Shown here: one piece after another, positions 20,104-32,900 of the stretch | Layout: each line of letters starts with the position of its first letter | Position numbering within the stretch: position 1 is the stretch's first letter | NCBI GenBank assembly: GCA_018644935.1 | Contig: JABGPL010000005.1 | Location: 5,211-69,210 of the forward strand | Source: Calditrichota bacterium | GTDB lineage: Bacteria > Electryoneota > AABM5-125-24 > Hatepunaeales > Hatepunaeaceae | Reading direction: 5' to 3' | Length of the DNA: 64,000 bases | Program-made: the position numbers and the translations under genes | The notes under the pieces: generated by a model | Databases searched by the model: none | What the model was told of the DNA's origin: nothing | Seen by the model: only the letters and a program-made list of their open reading frames with translations

Positions 20104-20939
20104 GCATATTCCAATTTACTACCAACTGGGTTAATAGAAATAAGTTGGCACATAATAGCAGCTCTTTTGTTGTGTGAATTCAAATGCTAGCCGGATTGTG
20201 CTGTTGATAGTACATTGCATTTGACCTCATCAGGCGGGAGTTCCTGTGGAAACATGTCTCTGTCAACTTTCTAACATCTGCATCTCTCTTTTTATTTCTT
20301 AGAAACAGCAATATTATAAACCTAAACTACGTATCTTATGTTTGCCAGTAAGGGAAAATGATAGTAGTCAAAATTAGAAGAGTGTAATTTGTTGTGTTCT
20401 TGTGAAATATGGCCATGAAAATACAGAGTTGTGTTTTGATTGCTGAAGCGGAAATTCATTCACTTTTTTGATAAAAACACACTCATTTCGAGTAGTTGTA
20501 TTTCTTTGCAGCTCGTGATTTGTAAATGATGCGGTTTAACTAAATATGCTCAAAAATAGCATATTTTTTATTTGCAGTGTTGAAAACTCGTGTTTTATTT
20601 ACTAATTTAGATATTGCGAAAAATCCTGAGAGTACTGCTAAATAAGAATTTCTTCCTTGCCCCACCTGACAATTATGGCTACTTGGATTTTCATATGAAG
20701 AGATCAGATGTATTATTCTGACGATGACTTCTATTTGAAAGGCTTAACTGTTGTCGAATGATGCTGACTATTGTTCGATTCTGTGATTAGAATCACAGCA
20801 TTTTGCCTGTAATTTCGTACCTTTGCTTTATCTGGATTTTTTTTGCTTCTCGCACTCACTTCACACAGTAATCCTAGCAAAGTTTGATAGATTGATAAAC
20901 AAAAAATCACAATATATTGTCCTGCAGAAGGTAAGTTCC

Positions 20940-23900
20940 ATGAAACGATGTGTTCCAGTTCTTATTGCTGTAGTGCTTGTATTTATGAGCACTACGGCGT
21001 TCGGTCAGCATTTTGAATTTGTTCAGACCGACGTGAATGCCTCTAATCTGATCCTTTCAGCGACCATAAATGATGAGTCGTTAGTAGAAGGAGACGAAAT
21101 TGGCGTCTTTACACCAGGTGGTGTTTGTGCCGGTGCCGGCACAGTACCAGCTGGATTTCCTGATAATGCCCTTGGTGTTGCGGCTTGGGGTGCTGAACAG
21201 GGTCAACAAAACGGTTTTGCGGCCGGTAACGTTATTGAGTATCGACTATGGAGTGTTGACCTCAATGCAGAGATCACTGTCGCTGCCGACGATCGCCGGT
21301 TTGTAGCTGGTGATGGTGTTTGGGTTGGGAACGGCATGAATGTTGTAATGCTGTCAGCTCAACACGAAGTTATTCCAGTGCCAGTTATCGAGGTTAATCC
21401 CGCGAACATCAACTTTGGTGTAGTTTTAACTGGTGAGGAATCCATTGAGACCTTGACTATCACCAACACTGGCGAAGAGGTGTTGAACGTCGGTGATTTC
21501 GATGTCGCCAATATTGACGGTGAAGCATTTTCATTTAACATTGACATTCCTGATTTTCCCTGGGAATTCGTACAGACTGATAATAATATGTCAAACCTTA
21601 TTACCTCAGCACTCCTGAATGGAGAATCTTTGGTAGCTGGTGACTATGTTGGAGTCTTTACAACAAATGATCTTTGTGCTGGATTCGGTGTAGTTCCAGG
21701 AGCAAATGAAGGGATTGGTTTCCCTGCATGGGGAACGGAACAGGGTCAGAACAACGGATTCAACGTTGGAGAAGAAATGCAGTATCGGTTCTGGGATACT
21801 GAACAGGGACGGGAATACAATGCCGAAATCGGTCAGGTATTTGCCGGTGAAAATAATTATACCATCAATGGGATGTTTGTTGCAGTGCTTACAGCTGGTG
21901 ACGGGTTTATGCCTGCTATCGGTGGTTTTGAACTAGCCCCAGACGAATCATTTGAAATTGAAGTGCTATTCGCACCTGATGGAGTCGGTGAATTTACAGG
22001 TGAAATTGTTATTCCATCAGATGATCCTGACAATGAAGAAGTTGTAGTCGCACTACTCGGAAATGCGATTTTGCCGGATCCCGAAATCAGTCTTAATGTT
22101 GAAGGTCATGATTTTGGTGGTGTTCTTGTTGGCGAATCTGCCAATTGGACTTTTACAATTTCAAATGTTGGTGGTGGAGATTTAACAGTCGAATCCGCTG
22201 CAGTTACAGGTGATTTCTTTAGTGGCGATGGAGAAGATGGATTTGTTATCGCTGTTGGTGAAACACAGGATGTTACTGTGACATTTGCTCCTGAAGCAGG
22301 AGGCGATTTTGCTGGTGAAGTCACAATCACATCAGATGATCCGAACAATGGTTCTGTTGCTCTAAACCTTGCTGGTGTTGGTGAAGAAGAACCTGTACCT
22401 GAAATTAGTGTAGATGTTAATGCTCATGATTTCGGTTCTATTCTTATCGGAGAATCAGAAAATTGGACCTTCTCTATTGCAAATATAGGTAACGCTGAAT
22501 TAACTGTTGAATCCGCTGCAGTTACAGGTGATTTCTTTAGTGGCGACGGAGAAGATGGATTTGTAATCGCAGTTAATGAATCACAGGATGTAACAGTAGC
22601 ATTTGCTCCGGAAGAAGCAGGTGAATTCGGTGGTGAAGTTACAATAACTTCCGATGATCCAAACCAAAGAGTTGTTATTCTAGATCTGACTGGAGTTGGT
22701 GAGGTTGAGGCAATGCCTGACATCGCGGCAGATCCCGAAGCTATTGATTTCGGCGAGGTGTTCCTCGCTTTGGGTGATGATCAACCCAATATGGAAGAAG
22801 AAATCATTACAATCAGCAATGCTGGAGATGCTCCATTGACAGTCTTCGATGCTGTTCTTGAAGGTGATGGATTCTTCCTCGAAATAGACCTTGGTAATGG
22901 TGGCGGTGGTGAAGAATTCAATTGGGAATTCAGTCAAACTGATGCCAACATGTCTATTCTGGTTAGGGGAGCTACAATTAATGGAGAGGATCTGCAACCC
23001 GGTGATTATATAGGATCATTTACCGAAGCAGGCTTATGTGCAGGTTACTCTGAAGTTCAGGACGCTGGAGCCCAATTAGGTGTTCCCGCCTGGGGAGCTG
23101 AACAGGGTCAACAGAATGGTTTCCGTAACGGTGAAGCCATTGAAATGCGATTCTTTGATTCCGATCCCGGCAGAGAATATGTTGCCGAATATGCAGAAGT
23201 CCAACAAGGTGAGCCTAATTTCGTTGCAAACGGATTCCTTGCATGCGTGCTTTCAGTCGGTGATGGTTTTGTACCTGCCGAAGTAACACTGAATCCTGGT
23301 GAAGAAGTACAAGGCACAGTATTTTTTGGGCCGGTTGCTGAAGGTGAGCACAACGGTACAATAACCTTCTCCTCTGATGATCCAGATGGAGATTTGGTTG
23401 TAAATCTTACCGGAGTTGGTGTATTGCCAGCTGCGGAAATCATGGTTGATGCTGAAGGTCACGATTTCGGTGCCGTTATGGTAGGTGAATCAGCCGATTG
23501 GGCATTTAACATCTCTAATGTTGGTGGTGACGATTTAACTGTTCAAGCCATTGACGTAGTTGGAGATTTCTTCAGTGCCGATGCAGGTGATGGATTTGTC
23601 CTGGCTTCCGGTGAAATGCGTGAAGTGATGGTCACATTCGCACCCGAGGACGGTGGAGAATTTGATGGCTCAGTCACAATTATGTCAAATGATGAAGACG
23701 AAGCTGAAATTGTTCTCGGTCTTGCTGGTGTGGGTGAAGTAAACGAATTTCCTGTTATTGCCGTTGACGCAGAGGTAATTGACTTTGGTGACGTTATAGT
23801 TGGTGAGGGAGCAGATGATTTGCTCGTCATCAGTAATGAAGGAAACGCACCATTAACAATTATTGACGTTACCGTTGAAGGTGTAGGTTTCACAATTGAT

Positions 23901-26900
23901 GTTAATCTTGATGGTGGTGGTGGAGACGTTGAAGAATTCCCGTGGGAATTTGGTCAAACTGATATTAATATGTCAACACTGATTCAAGAAATCGATTTTA
24001 ATGGTGAGGTCTTAGGCGAAGGCAATTATGTAGGTGTCTTTACAGAGAATGGAACTTGCGCCGGATTTGGTGAAGTTTTCGATGCTGGTGAACAAATGGG
24101 TGTTCCAGCTTGGGGTGCAGAACAAGGCCAACAGAATGGATTTGTTGCCAACGAGGCAATTGAATTCAGAATCTGGGAAACAGATCCTGGGAGAGAATAT
24201 GTTGCGGATATCGAAGCCCTGAATGTTGCTCCTAATTGGGTTGGCAACGGCTTCCTCGTTTGTAACCTTTCAGTTGGTGGCGAAAATATGCCAGCCGAAT
24301 TAGTTCTTGAACCGGGAGCAACTCTTGAAGTTCCAGTATTTTTCAATCCTGAAGAAGAAATGGATTATGAAGGTGCAATAACAATTACATCAGATGATCC
24401 TGATAACGATATGGTTGTCGTTGGACTCATGGGTGTTGGTGTATTACTGACCCCGGAAATCGTCGTCAATGAAGAAGGATACGATTTCGGTGTTGTCGAA
24501 GTAGGTCAGATGGCTGACTGGAGTTTCAACATTGCAAACGTTGGTGAAGCCGACTTGAATGTTGAATCTGTAGTTATTGATGGAATGTATTTCTCAGTTG
24601 ATGTTGAGGAAGGTTTCGTTTTAGCCAGTGGTGAAGATCGTAATGTAGGCGTCATGTTTGAACCGGAGGATGCAGGTGAATTCGACGCTGTAGTTACCAT
24701 TACCTCAAATGACCCGGAAAATGGAGAAATTGTTCTCAATCTTACCGGTGTTGGTGAAGTTGTTGAAGTACCGAGCATTGCTGTTGACGCAGAGGTAATC
24801 GACTTTGGCGATGTATTGGTCGGAGAAGCAGCAGAAGATCTTCTTGTAATCAGTAACGAAGGTGGTGCGCCACTGACAATTATTGATGTTATGGTTGAAG
24901 GTGATGGATTCACAATTGATGTTGACCTTGGTGGTGATGTTGAGGAATTTAATTGGGAATATGCCCAAACCGACATCAATATGTCAACACTGATTCAAGA
25001 AATTGACTTTAATGGTGAGATCTTAGGCGAAGGAAATTATGTAGGTGTCTTTACGGAGAATGGAACTTGCGCCGGATTTGGTGAAGTTTCCGAAGCTGGT
25101 GAACAAATGGGTGTTCCAGCATGGGGTGCAGAACAAGGTCGGCAGAATGGATTTGTCGCTAATGAGCCAATTGAATTCAGAATCTGGGAAACAGATTCAG
25201 GAAGAGAATTTGTGGCGGAAATCGAAGCCCTTAACGTTGCACCAAATTGGGTTGGAAACGGCTTCCTCGTATGTAACCTTTCAGTTGGTGGAGATAACAT
25301 GCCAGCTGAATTAGTACTTGATCCAGGAGCTACGCTTGAAGTTCCAGTATTCTTCAATCCTGAAGCAGAAATGGATTATGAAGGTGCGATCACAATCGTT
25401 TCCGATGATCCTGACGATGACGTAGTCATGGTTCAGTTACTCGGTGTCGGTATGGTTGACGATGTCGAACAGTGGATCGGTTTCGATCCTGAAATGGTCG
25501 AATTTGCTCCAGTCATTATAGGAGAGCAAGGTGAAGAAATTCTGACAGTATTTAATATGTCCGAAGAAGAAGATCTTATGATTTCTGACCTTGTTATCGA
25601 TAATGATGTGTTCTCTATTGAAGATGGATTGCTTCAAGGTGAATTCGATTGGGCATTTGTACAAACGGACAATAACATGTCCATTATTGTACAAGATGCA
25701 GGCGTAAATGGAGATCAATTAGAAGCCGGTGATTACATCGGTGTGTTTACTGAAGATGGATTATGCGCAGGTTATACCGAAGTTCCCGAAGGATTATTCG
25801 GTGATGGCGGTGTTGGCGTTAGCGCATGGGGTTCAGAGCAAGACGCAAATAATGGTTTCGATCCTCAGGAAGATATTGAATTCCGAATTTGGGATACAGA
25901 TGCAGGAAGGCAATTTGTTGCCGATCCAGAAATCGCAATGGGAGAAGCTATTTTTGTATCAAACGGTTTCCTCGTACTTTCCGGATTAAATGGTGGTGGT
26001 GGTATGAATCCTGCTGATCTGGCAATTGAACCAGGTGGTTCGCTAGAAATCACAGTTTTCTTCGACCCTGAAGAAGACATTGAGTATAACGGATCTTTGA
26101 CCGTTATGTCCAATGATCCAGTTGTGCCCGAAGCAGTCGTTGACTTGATGGGTAACGGTTCATTGCCTGCTGCTAATATTGATGTCTCAGCTGAGGCATA
26201 TGACTTTGAAGGTGTGCATGTTGGTGATCCCGCTGACTGGACTTTCACCGTTTCTAACATCGGTGGTGGTAGTTTAACAGTTGAATCAGTAGTCACTGAT
26301 GGTGACGGATTTATGGACAACATGGATGAAGGATTTGTCTTGGAATCTGGAGCAAGTCAGGAAATTATGGTAACATTCTCGCCTGATGCACCTGAAGAAT
26401 ATGTAGGATCAGTTACAATCACTTCCAATGATGAAGATGAAGGCGAAGTGGTTATTGAATTAGATGGATTTGGTTTCCTTAATGCTCCAGTAATTACACT
26501 TTCTGCTGAAGCTTATGATTTCGGTGAATTGTTTGTTAATGATACCGATGAATGGTCATTTGAAATTGGCAACGATGGTGAGACCGATCTTAATGTAGAG
26601 GACATAACAGTTGAAGGAATGTACTTCTCCATTGATGAGGAGGGTGGATTCTCACTGGAACCAGGTGAAGTTGCGGAAGTAGTTGTAACATTTGCACCTG
26701 AAGATGCTGGTGAATTTGAAGGTATGATCACCATCGCAAGTGATGATCCTAATGGTGATGCAATGGTCGCTGTTGTTGGTTCCGCGGTATGGTACCCAAT
26801 GATCGCACTTGATCCGGATGATGTAATAGATTTCGGTGAATTATATATGAATGACCTCGGTGAAGCGATGGTCAATATTTCTAATCCAGGTGGTTCACCA

Positions 26901-29900
26901 TTAACCGTAAGCGACATCGTCGTTGAAGGTGATTACTTCTTTATGGAAGAGGGTGATGAACCGGGTGATTTCGATTGGGAATATGTTCAGACAGACGTTA
27001 ATATGTCCATTATTGTTCAGGACGCATCGATTGGTGGCGAACAAATCGTTGCCGGAGATGTTATTGGTGTCTTCACAGAAGAAGGTATGTGCGCAGGCTA
27101 CGCTGAAGTTCCAGAAGGTCTCTTCGGTGGTGGTGGTGTTGGTCTAAGTGCCTGGGGTACAGAACAGGGTGCAAATAACGGATTTGCAGTTGGCGAAGAT
27201 ATTGAATTCCAAATCTGGGATATGGAAGCCGGAATGGAGTTTGTCGCTGTACCGGAAATTGCAATGGGTGAAGCGGTTTATACAGGAAATGGTTTCTTGG
27301 TTCTTGCAGGTCTGAATGCAGAACGACAAATGATACCCGCATTTGAAGAAACAGTCATTGCGCCGGGAGAATCAATAGATGTTCCCGTGTTCTTCATGCC
27401 GGAAAATGCTGGTGAGTTTGACGGAATGTTAACGGTACTTTCAGATGCAAGAGATATGGAAGAAGTTTCAGTTGACCTCTTCGGTATTGGTCTATCCATG
27501 GTAATGATGAGTATTCCCGAATCACATGATTTTGGTGAATTGCTTGTTGGAGAATCGGCGGAATGGGTTTTTAGTATTGAGAACATTGGTGATGCCGACC
27601 TCAACATAGAGGCAGTTGCTCTTGAAGGAGCAGAATTCTCTATGGAAGGTGACGACGATGGTGGTGTACTTGAAGCCGGTGAGTTTTTCCTGCTTAGAGT
27701 TACATTTGAACCAGATCAAGCCGGTGATTTCGAGGCATTGGTAATAATAGAATCAAATGCACCTGAAAATGATGGTATTGCTACCATCTCACTTACAGGT
27801 TCAGCGGTTTGGTTCCCGATTATTCGTCTCGAACCAGCAGATGAAATCGACTTTGGTGCTGTTCCAATTGAAGAAGAAGTAGTTGAAATGCTTCGGATCT
27901 ACAACGATGGTCTTGCACCATTAGTTGTTGACGAGCTTCAGATTGACGGTGAGGGATTTTCTCTTGGCGCTTTCCAGGGAGAAGAACCTGGTGAATTTGA
28001 ATGGGAATTTGGTCAAACAGATGTCAACGCATCCATTCTTGTAACAGAAGCCACTATTGGTAATCAATCCCTTGTTGAGGGTGATGTCATTGGTGTATTC
28101 ACGGAAGAGGGGCTGTGCGCTGGTTATGCCATGGTTCCTGCTGATTTCCCGAATGAATCTGTTGGTATCCCTGCCTGGGGTGCAGAACAGGGTCAGAATA
28201 ACGGATTCCAAGTTGGCGAGGCCGTTGGTTATCGTTTCTGGGATGATGATGCTGGCAGAGAATTTGGCGCGAACGCCAATTATATGCAAGGCAATGGCAA
28301 CTGGGTTGGAAATGCGTTCTTTGTTGTCAGATTAAGTGCTGACGACGGTTTCGTTCCCATGGAAGCCGCAGAGATTATTGAACCTGAATCCTTCCTGGAT
28401 GTTGAGGTTTTCTTCCGTCCAGAAGCTTCTGGTGAATATGAAGGTAACATCACAGTAAATTCAAATGATCTTGAAAATGGTGAGCTGAATGTTCACTTAA
28501 TGGGTAATGGATTCGTATCGGCAATCATCACCGTTTCTGAAGAGGGACACGATTTTGGTGAACTTCTCGTAGGTGAAAATGCAGATTGGCAATTCACAGT
28601 TGGCAATGCAGGTGAAGCCGACTTAGAAGTTGAATCAATCAGAATTCTTGGGGATTACTACTCTCTGGTACCTGATGAAGCTTTTGTACTTGCTTCTGGA
28701 GAAGAACTTGAGTTTACAGTAACATTTGCACCTGAAGATGCTGGTGATGAGTTAAATGGTAATGTCGTAATTGTTTCCAACGATCCGGTTAACGGTGAAT
28801 TAGTCATGAACCTTACCGGTTCAGCACTTTGGTTCCCGATCATTGCACTTGATCCGGATGATGTTGTTGACTTTGGTGAGATGTTCGATGGTGGTGAAGT
28901 GGAAGAAGTTATTGTAATCACCAACGAAGGTCGGGCTCCTTTGACGATTGAAAATATCAGAGTTGCAGGAAACGGTTTCGCTTTAGGTGAAATGGATATG
29001 GGAGATCCAATTGTTCTCGAACCTGATGAATCATTTGAGGCTTCGGTTTTCTTCCAGCCTGATAATGAAGGTGAATTTAACGGAACCTTTACAGTCATTT
29101 CAGATGATCCTTCATTAGTCCACAGCAGAGGTAGGGTTATAGTTCGTCTGTCTGGTATTGGTTACTTTACGCCGGCAGATATTGATGTATCTGTGGAAGG
29201 ATTAGACTTTGAGGGTGTTGTTGTTGGTGAGAGTTCTACACTTGCTTTCACAATCGCTAACCTCGGTCAGTTACCTCTTGCAGTTGAAGGCGTCGTTCTT
29301 GAAGGTGAGTACTACTCTTCAGATGCAGAACGTGGCTTTGAAATTGGCAGAGATGGTGAAATGGCTGTTGAAATTACATTCGCACCAGAAATGCGTGGTG
29401 ATTTCGATGGCATGATCACAATCCTCTCAAACGATGAGGATTCACCTGAAGTAATGGTTAGTCTTGCCGGTATGGGTCTCGCGCCAGTTATCGACGTTGA
29501 TCCGTTGGCTATTGACTTTGGTCGAGTATTCATTGATGAAGAAGATAACCGTGAAATTGTAATCACCAACGAGGGTGATGCAGATCTGATTATCGCCGAA
29601 CTCATTCTTGACAATGAAGCATATTCCTTCGATCCGCCAGAACAAGGTGAATTTGATTGGGTATTCCAACAATCAGATGCCAGTATGAATGTTCTGGTTC
29701 TCGACGGTCATTTAGACGGTCGCGAGCTTGCTGCAGGTGATGTAATTGGTGTATTCACCGATGAAGGCATTTGTGGTGGTTTCGGTCTGGTTCCGGATGA
29801 TGTATTCGAGGCAGGTGTAGGAATTGCCGTCTGGGCAGATGAAGTTGGTGGTGAAGTCACCGGATTCGTAGCAAATCAAACGTTGAACTACCGAATCTGG

Positions 29901-32900
29901 GATGAGAGTGCCGCTCGTGAATATGCAGCAGATGCAGACTATATTCAGGGTAACGACTTCTTTGTTGCCAATGGATTTAGTGTGATCAACGTGACTGCCG
30001 GTAACGGATTTTTTGAACCTGCAGATCTTGCAATTGCACCGGGAGAATCTGAATCAATAATGCTGTACTTCCGTCCGCTTGATGGTATCGATTATGAAGC
30101 AACCCTTACAGTTGTAAATAACGATCCTGAAGCACCGGAAGTTGTGGTTGATATTATGGGTGAAGGTCGTTTCCATAATCAACCTCCAGTCTGGGTTGAT
30201 GTACCTGCCGAAATTCAAACTGATGAGGACACAGATTTCAACATGCTGTTCTCAGCTGAAGATCCTGATGATGATCCAATGACAATCACATTTGTGGATG
30301 TTGGAGGCAACCTGCCGGATGAAGCTATGTTTGAAGATAACGAAGATGGTACAGGTCTGTTCTCTTGGAGAACAAACTTTGAAGATGAAGGTGAATATGA
30401 ATTCAGCCTTACGGTTGCTGATAACTTCAATAATGAAGCAGTTGTTGAGGTTTCATTGACTGTTAATAACGTCAATCGTGCCCCGATCTGGCTTGATCCA
30501 ATTGAAACCGTCGAAGCATTTGAGGATGAGGAATTCGAAATTTTCATGGAATCAGTGGATCTGGATGGTGAAGATCTGACCGTTACAGTTGATTTCGAAT
30601 TTGAAGCCGATTTCGTTGATCACGAAGACGGTGCATTTACGTTTACTTGGAGACCGGACTATGATAAGGCCGGTGAGCATCTTGTAACATTTACGTCATC
30701 CGACGGTGATTTGTCCACTGATGCTGAAGTTGTAATCACAATCATCGATGTCAATCGCGCTCCAGAATTGGATTCTCCAATTGGTATGTTTGAGATGGAT
30801 GAAGACGGTGGCAGATCTGACATTGTCAATCTGGATGATGTTTTCTTCGATGCAGATGGTGATGAACTGATGTTTGATATCCTGAATATCGACAATCTCG
30901 GTTATCTTGGTCTTGAAATCGACGACAATAATGTTCTTAGTGTTGATCCTGAAGGAAACTACTTTGGTGAAACGGATATCACGATTATTGCAGATGATGG
31001 CGTAGATCAATTCGCGCTTGCACCAATGGGACTTAATAATGGTGCCGCTGCATTCTCTGCTTCACGAGTATTGAGCCGGTCTGTAAGAAGCATTAACAAT
31101 ACCCCGGCAGTCGGTCCTGACCGTGATGAAACGGTTAGTGATCGGTTTACGCTGGTTGTAAATTCAGTTAATGACATGCCCATAGTTGAAGCTGACCTTG
31201 AAGACGTTACCGTTGATGAGGATTCAGGATTAATCACAATCGATATTTCTGGTGTATTCAGTGATGTTGAAGATGATGATCTTGATTATTCAGTAATGGG
31301 TGCACCTGGCGAAATGAACGCAAACATCGCTGATGGTGAGTTAACTTTTGATCTTGATGAAAACTTCAACCACGCAGGTGGTGCTGAAATTACCGTCACC
31401 GCAGAGGATGATGATGGCGCTATGGCAGAAGTATCATTCATGGTCACAGTAAATCCTGTCAATGATGCTCCGGTAGTAAGCAGCCCAATTGATGATCAGG
31501 TGTTTAATGAAGATCCTGGTCGTCTAATCTTAGCAGACCTGGACGATGTCTTCTTTGATGTTGACGGTGATGATCTCGAATACACCTTCGAAACAGAAGG
31601 TGGGGATCGTCTTAACATGGGAATGGACGGCAACTACAACTTGTTCCTCAATCCCGATGAAGACTTTGTAACTCCTGACGCTCCAGTTCTGGTCACCTTG
31701 ACCGCAACTGATCCTGATGGTGAAACAGTAGTGTTTGAGTTCACAATTGCTATTCAACCGGTCAATGATGCACCGATTGTTGCAAATGCGATTAACAACG
31801 TTACAATTGATGAAGATTCACAGGCAATCATCATGACAGATCTCGATAATAATTTCGAAGATCCCGACGGTCAGATCCTGACATACGAAATTTCAGGTGC
31901 CCCTGACGAAGTTAACATGATTGTAAATGATGACAATGTACTGATTTTCCATCCAGATGCAGATTTCAACTTGCCGGATGGTGTTGATGTAACAATCACC
32001 GCCTCCGACCCGTTTGGTGAATCTGTTGATGATGTCTTCAGACTTGCGATTCGTGCGGTTAATGATGCACCGACATGGGTCGAATTCCCCGAGGATATTA
32101 TTGAGGGATTGGAAGGAGATGTTGTTGAATTTAGCTTGATTGCTAGTGACATTGACAGCGAAGATCTAATGATTGATTGGGTTGACGCTGATGGTATTGC
32201 TGTTGAATCGCTAACCGACAATAATGATGGAACGGCAAGTATTTCCTGGACACCTACATTTGAAGATGAGGGTGAATTCAACCCGATATTCAGTGTTTCT
32301 GACGGTCAGTTTGATGCTGAAGTTACGGTTAGCATTACAATTACAGATGTTCCGCAATTGCAGCACTTTGTTGATTTCATTCAAACGGGCACAAACCATT
32401 CAATTCTGATTGATCAAGTTGCGCTTGATGGAAATGACGTACCATCATTGTGGGAAGTTGGTGTGTTCAACGCAGAGGGCGTACTTGCAGGTGCATTCCT
32501 TTGGGATGCAGATGAAGGTCAAGTTGGTGGTCCGGTTTGGGGTGATGATCCTGACACTGATGATCCAGATGGTATGCGAGATAATGAAGAGATGTTATTC
32601 AAAATCTGGGATTTTGAAACTGATACCGAATTTGACGCAGTCGCTGAAATTATAGACGGTAGTGTTAATTGGACTGCCGACGGTTTCACGATATTGAATC
32701 TGAATTCATTTGAAATTCGTGATCTGAATATCAGCTTCACCTCTAACTGGAATATCATGTCCATGAATATTGTTCCTGAGGAACAATATTGGTCAGACCA
32801 TAGGATACATGGTCATACTATCGATGTCGTCCTAATGCTTGAACAACTTGCTGGTGATGGCGAAAACCATAATGTTCTTCTTATTAAGAATGACAGTGGC

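Noticed and set aside
20805-20824. Bacteroidetes-type promoter (TTTG ... TAnnTTTG) in GCATTTTGCCTGTAATTTCGTACCTTTG upstream of the giant gene.
   Set aside because: The spacing between the TTTG and the TAnnTTTG element is only ~12 nt instead of ~19-21. The one clear promoter in the window (43196-43224) is of the classical TTGACA/TATAAT type.
20823-20939. The 39-codon N-terminal extension of the giant ORF from the TTG at 20823.
   Set aside because: The extension (MLYLDFFCFSHSLHTVILAKF...) has no signal-peptide character. A canonical signal peptide begins at Met40 (ATG 20940) with a purine-rich RBS just upstream.
21000-30000. Regular ~0.3-1.0-kb periodicity that could suggest a CRISPR-like or satellite array.
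   Set aside because: The repeats are long, divergent and in-frame protein-domain repeats inside one continuous ORF. There are no short identical direct repeats with unique spacers.
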